64,000 bases of DNA. Origin: Trueperaceae bacterium (GTDB lineage: Bacteria; Deinococcota; Deinococci; Deinococcales; Trueperaceae). How positions within the stretch are numbered: position 1 is the stretch's first letter; every line of letters starts with the position of its first letter. Location: contig OZ243913.1 in the NCBI GenBank assembly GCA_965213705.1, forward strand, positions 3,072,001-3,136,000, in the 5' to 3' direction. The notes under the pieces are model-generated. The model saw only the letters and a program-made list of their open reading frames with translations, did not search any database and was not told where the DNA came from. This document shows, in pieces, positions 7,822-18,600 of this stretch. The position numbers and the translations under genes were made by a program.

Positions 7822-10605
7822 TTATTGCACTCGAACGACGAACACGAGGGTGATGGACTGGCCGGGCGTGAGCACGTCGGCGGTGGTGATGGTTCCGTCT
7901 TTGGTGGCCGGTGCCGTGTCCACACCGACGTAGATGCTCTGCCCGACGGTCAAGCTGGGCGCTGTAGAGGTCCAGGTCGAACCGTTCACCGAGTACAGCA
8001 CGGTACCGCCGGTCGCAGTCGTGGTCGCCGCGGCGGAGGTAAAGGTCGTGTAGCTCGGCAGCGGGTCGGACACCTTGACGTTGGTCAGGTTGCCCGAGCC
8101 GATGTTGGTGGCGACAACGGTGTACTCCAAATAGTCGCCGGGTTTGGCGGTCGCGCCGGAGGCGTCGAGCACTGCGCTAGCAGGACTGCACGTCGCGCTC
8201 GAGCAGGTCCGCACCGTCTTGACGAGCCTGAGTTCGCCCGACCTTACGAGGGTCCTGTCTTGCACGCTGGCCGTGGCCGTCGTGCCGCCCGGATAGGTTG
8301 CCGTCGCGGTCACGGTGACCGTCTCCTCAGCGCCGTCCGCTGCGCTGCCGGGCACGATGACGCGGACGTAAACCGTCCGGGACGCGCCCGCCGCAACGGT
8401 CACGCCGCTCAGCGACGAACTGAAGGTGTTGCCGTCAAGGGAGTACTGGTAGGTGAAAGCCTTGCCCGTCTGTTCCGGGATAGCCACGGTCGCGCTGGCG
8501 TTGCCGTTGTTGGTCAGGGTGTGGGTGTAGGTCACGACGCCGTTGGGCGAGGTGGTGGCGGTCTGGTTGGTGACAAAGGTGAGGGCGGTAACCGTGGTGA
8601 CCGTGACCGTCGTGGTGACGGAGTCAGTTCCGGTGCCGACCGGGTCGGTGGTGCTGGTAGCGGTAAAGGTGAGAGGGTTGTCGCCGGGTACAGCGCTGGC
8701 CGGAACGGTGACCTGGACGACGTAACAGGCTTTGGCACCGACGGCGAGCTGAGGCGTTTGGCTTACCGTGGGGCCGTTCGGGGCACCGGTGGCGCAGTCC
8801 GCTTGCACGAACACCGCGCTCCAACCCGCGGGCAGGTTCGGCACCGTGAGGTTGTAGCTGTCGGCCTGTTTGCCGTCGTTCAACACTTCGACCGGATAAG
8901 AAAGCGTCGTGCCGGGGGTGGTGCTCTGGTTGTCCGGGTTGTCGTTGGCATCGTTACGCGGGGATTCGCCACTAAACCCGCGCGTGGCGAGGTCGACGCT
9001 GTAGCCCTTGACGGGCGTGGGGACAACGTCTTTGGTGGCGTCGGTCGCCCCGCTCGAGGTCGAGGTGGCGGTCAGGGTGACGGTGGTACCCGCCGTGGCG
9101 CCGACCGGAACGGCGACCTTGACGACCACGTCTTGCGAAGCGCCCGGCGCGAGCGGCCCCAAGGTGCCGGACAGCGGGGTGACGCCGTCGGCCGCGTAAA
9201 GCGTCACGCTGTAGCCGTTGGCGCTGCTCGTGGTGGACAAGGTATAAGAACTGGTCGCGTTGCCGTTGTTGAGCACCGTGTGTCTGAAGGCCACGGTGTC
9301 GCCGGTATAGACGGGAACGGTGCTGGGGGCGGTAGCCGTCAGGGTTTGGGTGTCGGTATAGGGTGCGGCGGCGGTGTAACCGCCCGACAGGGTGACGGTC
9401 CAGGTTTTGCCCGTTGCCGGGTCGGTGTAAGTCGCGTTGCCCGACAGGGTGGGGTCGGCCGCTTTACCCGCAGGGCCGACGGCCACCCTGGCGTTTGCGT
9501 TGACCGTCACGCTGGTGGTGTTGGTGGGGGTCGTTTTGTTGGTGGCGGAGGTGGTGCCGGTAGCATAGGTGACGTTGGCGGTGTTGGTCACGGTCGTGTT
9601 GGCCGCCGCACCGGCAGCCACCGTGACGCTGAAGGTCATCGAGTAGTTCGTGCCTTGCGTAAAGAAAGCGCTTTTGGTGGGCGAGGTGGGATCGCGAATC
9701 ACGATACCGACGGCGTTGACGGTGCCCGTGGTGGGTACCGTGGTCGACCAAGTGGTGCCGTTGTTGGTCGAGTAAATAGGCTCAACCGCACCCTTGCCGG
9801 AGGTGCCGGACAGGCTGCCTGCAGTGAAGGTCTGGTTGGTGTTCAACACGTCGGTGACGATGATACCGACGCCCGTGAGACCGTAGCTCGAGAGGTCGAC
9901 GCCGTAAGCCGCCGAGCCGCCGTTGTTCGAACCCGCAACGGTGTAAGTAACGGTACCGCCCGCGGCGACCGTGCTCGTCGGGTTGGCCGTTTTGGTGGCG
10001 GTCAGGTTGCCCGCCGTGTTGACGACGGCCCTGGCCCAGTTGTTGGTGTCGGTGACGGCCGTGTTGCCGGCCGAGGTGCCGGTGATGTTTAGAAGCGCGT
10101 TTTGGTTGTTGGTGGCGGTGCCGGGCAAGGTACCCGCGACAATCAAACAGACTGAGGCATCTGCATTGAGGGTAACGCTTGTTACAACCGGGTCGCCCGC
10201 GACGCTGCCGTCACAACCCGCGTCCCGGTAGATGGTCACGCTGCTCAGGTCGAAATTGTCGGTCGTCGGCTGCACGTTTGCCAGGTTGAAGGTATCACTG
10301 CCGTTGCCGGTGTTGGTCAAAATATAGTTGAAATACACAGGTGCACCCGGCAGCGCGCTTTTGGTTTGGCCCGGCGCGGCTTCGGTGCCGTCGGGCGTGA
10401 TGGTGAGGCTGTAGACTTGCTGCACGATGGTAGTGACCGGGTTAGAGAACGTCGTCTTGGGCGTGCCCCCCGAGACGTAAGTCGCCGAGGCGGTGTTGGT
10501 TATCGGCGTGTCCTTGGGCGTGCCGGCGGCGAAAGCCAAACCGAACACGCTCAAAAAGAGGCCGAACAACGCGGTTCGGCTCGAGCGGTTGAAAGACGGG
10601 GTCAA
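7822..10605 (-). CDS. Thr-rich multi-domain DUF11/Ig-repeat secreted protein (about 927 aa), putative major fimbrial subunit
   Basis: TTG start 7 nt after GGAGG (alternative ATG at 10626); signal peptide ending AFA; repeated N.GN..D.(F/Y).L Ig motifs; DUF11 domains LTATKTA.. and LRLVKTV..VSDPLP. Confidence 0.88.
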   Translation of the reverse strand: MTPSFNRSSRTALFGLFLSVFGLAFAAGTPKDTPITNTASATYVSGGTPKTTFSNPVTTIVQQVYSLTITPDGTEAAPGQTKSALPGAPVYFNYILTNTGNGSDTFNLANVQPTTDNFDLSSVTIYRDAGCDGSVAGDPVVTSVTLNADASVCLIVAGTLPGTATNNQNALLNITGTSAGNTAVTDTNNWARAVVNTAGNLTATKTANPTSTVAAGGTVTYTVAGSNNGGSAAYGVDLSSYGLTGVGIIVTDVLNTNQTFTAGSLSGTSGKGAVEPIYSTNNGTTWSTTVPTTGTVNAVGIVIRDPTSPTKSAFFTQGTNYSMTFSVTVAAGAAANTTVTNTANVTYATGTTSATNKTTPTNTTSVTVNANARVAVGPAGKAADPTLSGNATYTDPATGKTWTVTLSGGYTAAAPYTDTQTLTATAPSTVPVYTGDTVAFRHTVLNNGNATSSYTLSTTSSANGYSVTLYAADGVTPLSGTLGPLAPGASQDVVVKVAVPVGATAGTTVTLTATSTSSGATDATKDVVPTPVKGYSVDLATRGFSGESPRNDANDNPDNQSTTPGTTLSYPVEVLNDGKQADSYNLTVPNLPAGWSAVFVQADCATGAPNGPTVSQTPQLAVGAKACYVVQVTVPASAVPGDNPLTFTATSTTDPVGTGTDSVTTTVTVTTVTALTFVTNQTATTSPNGVVTYTHTLTNNGNASATVAIPEQTGKAFTYQYSLDGNTFSSSLSGVTVAAGASRTVYVRVIVPGSAADGAEETVTVTATATYPGGTTATASVQDRTLVRSGELRLVKTVRTCSSATCSPASAVLDASGATAKPGDYLEYTVVATNIGSGNLTNVKVSDPLPSYTTFTSAAATTTATGGTVLYSVNGSTWTSTAPSLTVGQSIYVGVDTAPATKDGTITTADVLTPGQSITLVFVVRVQ

Positions 10606-10628
10606 AGTGTTACCTCCAAAAGACATCG

Positions 10629-11216
10629 TTAAAGAACCTCGACGCGGTAGACGAGGTTGTGTTGGGCGCCGGGCGGCAGCGCTTCTTGCAGGGTCCAGCG
10701 AACGCCTGTGTACTGGTCCGGGTTGGCGACGACTCGCTTCTGTTCGCCCGCTTCGTTGGTGACGGTCATCATGACGGGCGCGGCCATAAAGACGGGCGAG
10801 CCGTCGGCGGCAAGCTCGGCCGAAAACTCGGTCGTGACCAGGTCGCCGCCGCTCGCCGTGTCGGCCAAGTAGGCGGTGGTCGCAGGCACCGGCCCCGCCA
10901 CCACGACGGCGCCGGCCGGTAAGGTTTCGGCGCCGTCGTTGCGGACCAGAACCCGGTATTCGACCACTTGGCCGGGCCTGGCCTCGGCGGCGGCGGTGAA
11001 CGTCTCGGTCACGGTGCCGTCGTCCTGGGTAACGGTCGTTACTATGAACGCTTCCAACGTCACGGTGACCGGCTCGGCTTGGGCGGCGGCCCAGCCCGTC
11101 GCGGCCCAAGCCACTACCAGGGCGAACAAAAAGACCCACGTCGAACGCCCGACCCTGGAACTACTGACCCTGGAACCATCGACCCTAGAAATATCGACCC
11201 TGTGACTCTCGACCAT
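10629..11216 (-). CDS. Small secreted single-domain DUF11-like protein, first gene of the operon
   Basis: GAGGAGG upstream; hydrophobic signal peptide; ARPGQVVEYRVLVRN...VRWTL..LPPG...LVYRVEV. Confidence 0.85.
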   Translation of the reverse strand: MVESHRVDISRVDGSRVSSSRVGRSTWVFLFALVVAWAATGWAAAQAEPVTVTLEAFIVTTVTQDDGTVTETFTAAAEARPGQVVEYRVLVRNDGAETLPAGAVVVAGPVPATTAYLADTASGGDLVTTEFSAELAADGSPVFMAAPVMMTVTNEAGEQKRVVANPDQYTGVRWTLQEALPPGAQHNLVYRVEVL

Positions 11217-11226
11217 AGAATGACCC
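11151..11226. repeat. Degenerate 15-nt tandem repeat (GACCCTGGAAnnnnn, about 5 copies) over the start of the first DUF11 gene
   Basis: gaccctggaactact gaccctggaaccatc gaccctagaaatatc gaccctgtgactctc gaccatagaa. Confidence 0.75.
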
Positions 11227-11397
11227 TCCTCGAGGAATTACCCCGCACCTAGAAGCGCTCGGCCTTAGTCAGTGGGGGTTCTCGAACACGTCATCATGGC
11301 GTTTGGGGCTGCCAAAGCCTGTTAAATTTTCTGTTTTTTGGTGAAGCTGTCGTGTTTTTTACAAGTAGTTTGTGCGCGTGGCTTTTACCTTTACAGC

Positions 11398-11430
11398 AGC
11401 ACGTCGCTAGCACGTCGCTAGCACGTCGCT
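11398..11430. repeat. Perfect 11-nt tandem repeat AGCACGTCGCT x3
   Basis: Read directly; abuts the stop codon of the Gfo/Idh/MocA gene. Confidence 0.9.
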
Positions 11431-12401
11431 TAGGCTAGCCGCGCTTTGAGCGTCTGGGCGCGCCCGGTTCGGAGCGCCCGGTTCGCCGCCAGCGTCACCC
11501 GAAAAGTTTGCAGGGCGTCCTCGTACGGGGACCTGATAAGGCTTGCGTCGCCCGTCTCGAGCGCGCGCACAAACGCCTCGACTTGCTCCGGGTAGCCGCT
11601 GCGCGGCTCGTGCTCGTCGACACGTTCGCCGTCCACCACGCCTTTTATCGTGAAAACGTCGTAGACGAGTTCTAAGTGCAAGTCGCGCGCCACCAAGGTC
11701 AGCGCCCAGTAAAAGTTCCACACCGCCGCCGACGACACCACCGAGCCGACCGCGCCCGAGCCGAAGTCCAGGTTCACAAGGGTCGTGTCCGGATAGTCCA
11801 CCCGGTCGGGGACGTGACCGCTGCTGGCTTTGGCCGACACCCGCGTCACGTCGCCGACCAAGTAGCGAGCTACGTCGACGATGTGGGTGCTCTGCTCGAC
11901 GATTTGACCGCCCGAGAGGTCCCCACGCCCCACCCAACCCCCCGGCGTCGCCCCGATGACTTGCCCCAGCACGAGCGCGGGGCGGCGCGCGCCCAACAGT
12001 TCTTTCGCCCGCTCGGTAATCCCGCTGTAGCGAAACATGTAACCGACGCTGCACAAGACGCCCGCCGCCCGAATCGCCGCGGCCGAGCGCTCGGCCGTGC
12101 CCAAATCCAGCGCCAGCGGTTTGGTCGTGAAAATGTGGAGCCCGCGCGCGGCGGCCTGCACGAGTTCGTCACCGCGCGCGAACGGCGGCAAACAGACGAA
12201 CACGGCGTTTAAGTCGGCCGTTTCGTACAGTTCTTGGTAGCTCTGCAAGGCCCTGGCCCCGCGCCAATTCGCCAGCGCTTCGGCCCTGGCGAGGTCCAGG
12301 TCGCAAAACGCCGTGACCCGCACGCGCTCGCCCAGTTCGTCCAGGCGAGCCAGGTACTCGTGCGCTATCCCGCCGCAGCCGACAAAGCCAATCCGTATCA
12401 C
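11430..12401 (-). CDS. Gfo/Idh/MocA family oxidoreductase
   Basis: IRIGFVGCGGIA Rossmann motif; HIFTTKPLA (EKP-like); EQSTHIVD. Confidence 0.9.
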   Translation of the reverse strand: MIRIGFVGCGGIAHEYLARLDELGERVRVTAFCDLDLARAEALANWRGARALQSYQELYETADLNAVFVCLPPFARGDELVQAAARGLHIFTTKPLALDLGTAERSAAAIRAAGVLCSVGYMFRYSGITERAKELLGARRPALVLGQVIGATPGGWVGRGDLSGGQIVEQSTHIVDVARYLVGDVTRVSAKASSGHVPDRVDYPDTTLVNLDFGSGAVGSVVSSAAVWNFYWALTLVARDLHLELVYDVFTIKGVVDGERVDEHEPRSGYPEQVEAFVRALETGDASLIRSPYEDALQTFRVTLAANRALRTGRAQTLKARLA

Positions 12402-12464
12402 CGGGCCACGGTTACAGGGCCTGCAGCCGCTGGGCTACGGTCACCGGGCCGCACATTTTCGCCA

Positions 12465-13379
12465 CTAGTCTTGTAACCGGGCAAAGTCGGACGCGCTCAG
12501 GGGCGAACGCGCGGCTTCTACGTTCGCGCGCAGGTGGGCCACACGGCTCGTCCCCACGATGGCGGTGTCGACGCGCTCGTCGGCCAACAGCCAGCGCAAC
12601 GCGCCGGCGGTGCGCGCGCCGGGGTCGCCCAACGGGGCCAAGTCCATACGCCGCGCCCGCGCCCACTTGGCGGCCCAGTCGGGGTGTTCGGGCTGCTCGG
12701 CCAAGTCCGCAACGCCGTTGGCGACCGGCTGCTTGACGATGACGCCCACGCCTCTGCGCCGCGCTTCGTCCAACAGAGCGCCCGAGTCCTGCTCGAGCAC
12801 GCTGTATGAAAGCTGCAACGTTTCAAAATCTCCCGAGCGCAACGCCCACCCGGCCGCTTCGCCGTCGGCACTCACGCCGAGGTGCCTCACCAGACCGTCC
12901 GAACGGGCCAGGCGCAGACCCTCGAGCGCTTCACCCGAGTGCAGGACTGAAAGCGGCGGCGAGTGCAGCTGGACGAGGTCGAGCGTGTCGGTTTGCAACG
13001 CCGCCAAGCTGCGCTCGAGCGAGGCGTAGACGCCGGCGGCGCTCCAGTCCTCGTAAACTTGCCAAACGCCGCCGTCTTCAACCTGGTAACGCCCGACCTT
13101 GGTCGCCACGACGGTCTCGCCGCGCACGTCGGCAGGCGCGGCAACTAAGACCTCGCCCAGCAGCCGTTCGCTGGCCCGGTAGTCGGGAGCGGTGTCGAAA
13201 AAAGTGATGCCCGCCTCGAGCGCCGCCCGGACGACCCTTTTCAGGTCGGCCTCGCCGCGCTCCTCACAAAACCCTATCGTCGCCCCGCCGAAACCGAGGC
13301 GCGACACGAGCAGGTCGGTCGCGCCCAGCCGGGCGTGCGTTGGTGTACCTTTTGTCGTTGCCGTACCCTTTTCGGCCAT
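12465..13379 (-). CDS. Aldo/keto reductase
   Basis: VSRLGFG, FFDTAPDY, ATKVG, LDLVQLH motifs; start trimmed to MAEKGT. Confidence 0.9.
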   Translation of the reverse strand: MAEKGTATTKGTPTHARLGATDLLVSRLGFGGATIGFCEERGEADLKRVVRAALEAGITFFDTAPDYRASERLLGEVLVAAPADVRGETVVATKVGRYQVEDGGVWQVYEDWSAAGVYASLERSLAALQTDTLDLVQLHSPPLSVLHSGEALEGLRLARSDGLVRHLGVSADGEAAGWALRSGDFETLQLSYSVLEQDSGALLDEARRRGVGVIVKQPVANGVADLAEQPEHPDWAAKWARARRMDLAPLGDPGARTAGALRWLLADERVDTAIVGTSRVAHLRANVEAARSPLSASDFARLQD

Positions 13380-13505
13380 GTGCCTGCCCCCCGTCGCCCC
13401 ATCATGACATGACGACCGCCGGAGGCCCGGGAAGCCGCGGCGAGTTTCGAGGCTCGAGCCCCAAAGCCGCCCGCTCTCCCGCGAGAAGTTGGGCAAGTTT
13501 ACTTG

Positions 13506-13539
13506 GCGGTACCCCCTCAGAACCTTGCGGGGGTACCGC
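13506..13539. terminator. Intergenic hairpin (terminator or REP-like)
   Basis: GCGGTACCCCC...GGGGGTACCGC, 11-bp inverted repeat downstream of the SDR gene. Confidence 0.5.
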
Positions 13540-13562
13540 TTCGTCGGTCTTTGTTTGTCACC

Positions 13563-14253
13563 TCAGCCGGGTCGAACGACTATTTCGGTGGTTGCCGCCG
13601 TGCGGGGCAGCGCCAGGGCGCCGACGAGCACCTGCGCCACGTCGTCCGGCTGAATAAAGGTGTCCGCGTCGTAGCTCTCCCCTTCCATCTCGCGCACCTG
13701 GCGCTGCATGGGGCTGGCGGTGCGGCCGGGGTAAACGCTCACGACGCGGACGCCCGCCGCTTTGACCTCGTCGCGCAGGCTGTCGGCCAAAGCTTTCAGG
13801 CCGTGTTTGCTGGCGGCGTACTGGCTCCAGTTGCCGCGCGCGCTCAAGCCCGCGCCCGAGTTGATAAAGGCGATTTGGCCCTTGGCAGCAAGCAGCCGCG
13901 GCAACAAAAGCTGCGTGAGCAAGTAGGGCGCGCGCAAGTTGAGCCGGTAGTGCCGGTCAAACGTCTCGACGCTGAGGCTCGCCACCGGCCCCAACGCCAC
14001 CAGCCCGGCGCTGTGAACGAGGACGTCGAGCGGGCCTCGCGCCCCGAAATCTGCGCAGAAACGGTGGACTTGAACGTCGTCGTCCAGGTCGACGCTGTGA
14101 GGAACGGCCCCCGACCCAATCTCTTGGACGGCGTCCGCCAACTTCCGTTCGTCCCGACCGAGCACGTGGACCTCGGCCCCCGCCGCCGCCAACCGCCGCG
14201 CCGTCGCCAAGCCGATGCCGCTGCTGCCGCCCGTGACGAGCGCTACCTTGCCG

Positions 14254-14264
<11 letters not shown>
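13563..14264 (-). CDS. SDR family oxidoreductase
   Basis: TGGSSGIG and YAASK motifs. Confidence 0.92.
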
Positions 14265-15121
<857 letters not shown>

Positions 15122-15144
<23 letters not shown>

Positions 15145-15424
15145 GCCCCGTCACCTCCCCCCAAGCCTGCTCTACGGCGGCAACGGAGGCGTGCGCGGGA
15201 CCGTTTTTGAGCTTGACGAGCAGGGCTTCTAAGTCTGCCCGCAAACCCTCGGCGACGACCTCGACCCGGCCGTCGCTCAGGTTTTCGGCGTAACCCACCA
15301 AGCCGAAGTCCAGGGCGTGCCGTCTTACAAAGGCCCGGAAGCCGACGCCCTGCACGTCGCCGGACACCAGCAAGGTGAGGCGTTCTTTACTTTGGTCGGG
15401 ATAGGGTTCGGGATGGGCGGTCAT
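15122..15424 (-). CDS. acyP: Acylphosphatase
   Basis: [11 protein letters not shown] signature; N..DGRVEV. Confidence 0.95.
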
Positions 15425-15515
15425 GACGCGGTTCGCGACTGCTTTCTCATGGATTGGATGTTATCTTAACCTTGCGTGGGCAGGCGTAGCGCCGACAGGT
15501 GCCACGCCTGCCCTG

Positions 15516-15610
15516 CCGTTGTAGATAACCTTTGTAGACAACCGTTGTGGACAGCCGTTGTAAGTCGTCGTTGTAGACAGTTGCTGTCAAGAGCCGCTGT
15601 AGAAAGCCGC
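15516..15610. repeat. Seven-unit 13-nt tandem repeat (consensus CCGTTGTAGACAG) just upstream of the TamB-like gene
   Basis: ccgttgtagataa cctttgtagacaa ccgttgtggacag ccgttgtaagtcg tcgttgtagacag ttgctgtcaagag ccgctgtagaaag. Confidence 0.8.
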
Positions 15611-15622
15611 ACAGACCCCCTT

Positions 15623-18600
15623 ATGGACGTTCAAACACCCGCGCCCACCGACCATCCTGGGCCGCCGCGTTTTCTAAAGTGGAGCCTGCCCGTCCTCGTC
15701 GCGGGTTTGCTGCTGGCGTTGTACTTTGCGCCGCAACTGCCCGCGGTGCGAGGGTGGCTGTTGTCGCAAGTTGACAGCGCGGTCCCGGCGGGCTACAGCC
15801 TCGACTACAGCAGCAGCGGCGGCAACCTGTGGAGCGGTATCGAGTTCGGCGGGGCGAACGTGGACGGTCCCGGTTTGGCGGTCGAGGCCGACACGCTCAG
15901 CCTGGGCTACTCTTTGCCCGCGCTGCTCACGGGCAGACTGCCCGTGTCGGTGACGGCCGAAGGTGTCCGCGGCAGGGTCGCGCTCAAAGACCTCACTGTA
16001 GGAGGTTCCGGCAGAGGTTCCAACGCCGCGCCCGTCCGACCCGTGTTGCGCGACCTGAGCCTCAAAGACGTCAACCTCCGGCTTGTCGACGTGCCCTACA
16101 CCCTGCCCGACCTGAACGTGACAAACCTGCAAGCACGGCCCGTAGGCGACGCCTTTCGCGCCGAGGCCACCCTGAAAACGGCCGAGGGCGAGGCCGTCGT
16201 CAACGGCACGCTGGCCCTGAACCCGCTCCGCTTTACCGCCGACGTGCCCCGCCTGGACGCGCGCGTGGCGCGGCAGTGGTGGCGGGGCATTACCGGCGGC
16301 ACCCTGGCCGGCACGGTGAGCTACGCGGACGGCCGCCTGCGCGCCGACGCCAGCCTTCGAGACGGCAGTCTGGACTTTTTGGGCGAGACCGCGTCGGGTA
16401 TTCAGGGCGACGTCGCTTATGAGAACGCCACCGTCCGCGCCGACCTGACCGGCGCCGCCCTGGGCGGCGAGGTGACGGCCGCCGGCAGCGTGGACGTCGC
16501 GGCGCTGCGCTGGTCAGCCGAGGCGGTCGGCACCGTGAACTTGCGCGACGCCGTCCTGTGGCTCGCCGCCGGGCGCGTGCCGGTCGACGTGTCCGACGTA
16601 GGGCTGAGCGGCAGCGCTCAAACCCGGCTGAGCGCTGAGGGCTGGCGCGACTTCACGCTCGACGGCGCGGCCACGGGCGCGGGCGACGTGGCGGGCTACG
16701 CGCTCGAGGATTTACAGGTCGACTACAGTTTTGACAGTGATACAGGCGCCCGCGTCGACGCCACGGCAAACTTGGCCGGGGGCGACGTCACGGCCAGCCT
16801 CACGCCGCAAGCGGACGGCTTCTCGTTCGACTTCGGCGGTGCAGGCGTGCAGCTGTCACCCGCGGTCAGGGCCGACCTAGAAGTCGCCCTGACAAGGTCG
16901 CCGGGCGGCCTCGCCGGCACCACCGAGGCCGCGCTGACGGGCACCCTCCTCGACCAAGCCCTGAACGTGACCTTGGGCGGCGTGTTCAAGCCGGACGTCG
17001 TCCAGGCGAGTGTCGACGGAACCGCGCTCGGCGGGCCGCTCACGGGCGCGGGCTCGCTCCAGGGCGGCGCTGTGGCGGCGCGGCTCGAGCTGCCGGGGGC
17101 GGTCCTGCCCGGCCTGAAACGTCCGGTGGGTCTTGAACTCAGCGCGACCGGCCCCGCCGACGCCCTCCCCCTCACTTTCACCCTCACGACGCCGGAGCCG
17201 ACCGGGCTGGTGCTCGGGCCGCTCACCGTTCCCAAAGACATCGGGGGGCAGGCCAGCGCCACGCTGCGCGGGACGCGCCTCGAGGACCTCAGCGGCCGCT
17301 TCGGCACCTTGACCGTGGCGGGCGACCTGGGCCCGGACGCTTCCGGCAACTTGAGCTACAGCTTGGCGAACACGCCCCTAAGCGGCGTCGTACAGGGTGA
17401 GGCGAGCGTCGACGGCGTGTTGACGCTCGCCGACAGGGTGCTCGAAAGCAAGGCGACGGTGACAAGTTCGGACCTGCGGCTAGCCAACCTGACCTTGCCG
17501 CCGCTCGCCGCCGCCGAGCTTGAAGTCAGGCGTGCCGACACCTGGACGGCGACGCTCACAGCGCCGGACGAAACCTTCAAGCTCGGTTACGGCGGCGGTG
17601 ATGACGGCGGTGACGACGGTGACGCTTTGCGCGTGACCACGGCGGACTATCCGGTCACGGTCGCCGGGCAAGCTCTCACCCTCACGGGAACCGGTAAGCT
17701 GGCGGCGGCGGACCCCTTGGGCTCGCTCGACCTCGCGCTGAACACGCAAACCCCGTTCGGCGACGTGACGCTGACGGGCGGGGCGGCGGCGCTCCGATAC
17801 ACCCTCGAGACCCCGACCCTCGGCCCCGGTTCCCAACTGACGGGCACGGCAAACCTGCTCGAGCGCACCACGAGCTTGAGCGGGCGGCTCGGCGCTTTGG
17901 ACGTTGCCGGGACGGGTCGTTGGGACGACAGCTTGGACGGGACGCTCACCGTCGAGGGCGGCGGCGAAAAACTCGAGCTGCGCGTTCGCGGCCAACCGGC
18001 CCAGCCCAGTTTGGCGCTGACCGGGCGACTGCCGCTGAACCTCGTCGGCGACCTCTTCGGCGTGACAGCGAGCGGCACCGTGAACGCCGACCTGGTGCGC
18101 ACCGGCAGCCTCTATCAAGAAGGTCGTTATCGAGACGGCCGTTATCAAGGGAGCGCCGAGGTGGTGGGCACCCTTGCCTCGGTGCCTGTCGGGTTGCGTT
18201 TTTTAGGCGAGGGCGACACCCTCGGAGTGACGGGCGACGTGACGCCGTTTGCCGTGCCGCTCAGTCTCAGCGGTCGACTGCTTCCCACCATTGAGCTGAA
18301 CGGGGCGAGCGAACTGGGCCGTGTCGCCCTGGTTGAAACCGGCTTGACGGGCGCGGGTACCGTACCCGGCGGGACGTTTGCAGGTTTTACGCTCGAGCCG
18401 CAACCGTGGACGCTGGCAGGCGACTTGGCCGCAGGCACGGCGACGCTGTCGCTGCCCGAAACCGCTTCGAGCGTGAGGGTCGACCGGGGCGCGGCGGGCT
18501 GGCGGGCCACCCTCGACCTCGCCCAAACCCTTGCGCGGGGCGACAGCGCGGTGAGCGTCGAGACGAGCGGCACCTTGGCCGCCGGGTCTGCGGTGCGGGG

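Noticed and set aside
7825..10092. 755-aa plus-strand ORF
   Set aside because: Antisense shadow of the DUF11 gene; G/R/V-rich with no motifs, typical of high-GC DNA.
11217..11400. c-di-GMP riboswitch upstream of the DUF11 operon
   Set aside because: I looked for class I (GCAAA/GAAA) and class II (GGGCAC..AGUGCAACCG) patterns on the minus strand and found neither.
15476..15622. N-terminal extensions in the ORF track (also 6384-6785, 10627-11139, 32082-32324, 57067-57213)
   Set aside because: They run through repeats, upstream genes or promoters; better starts with an RBS, signal peptide or -10 box lie downstream.
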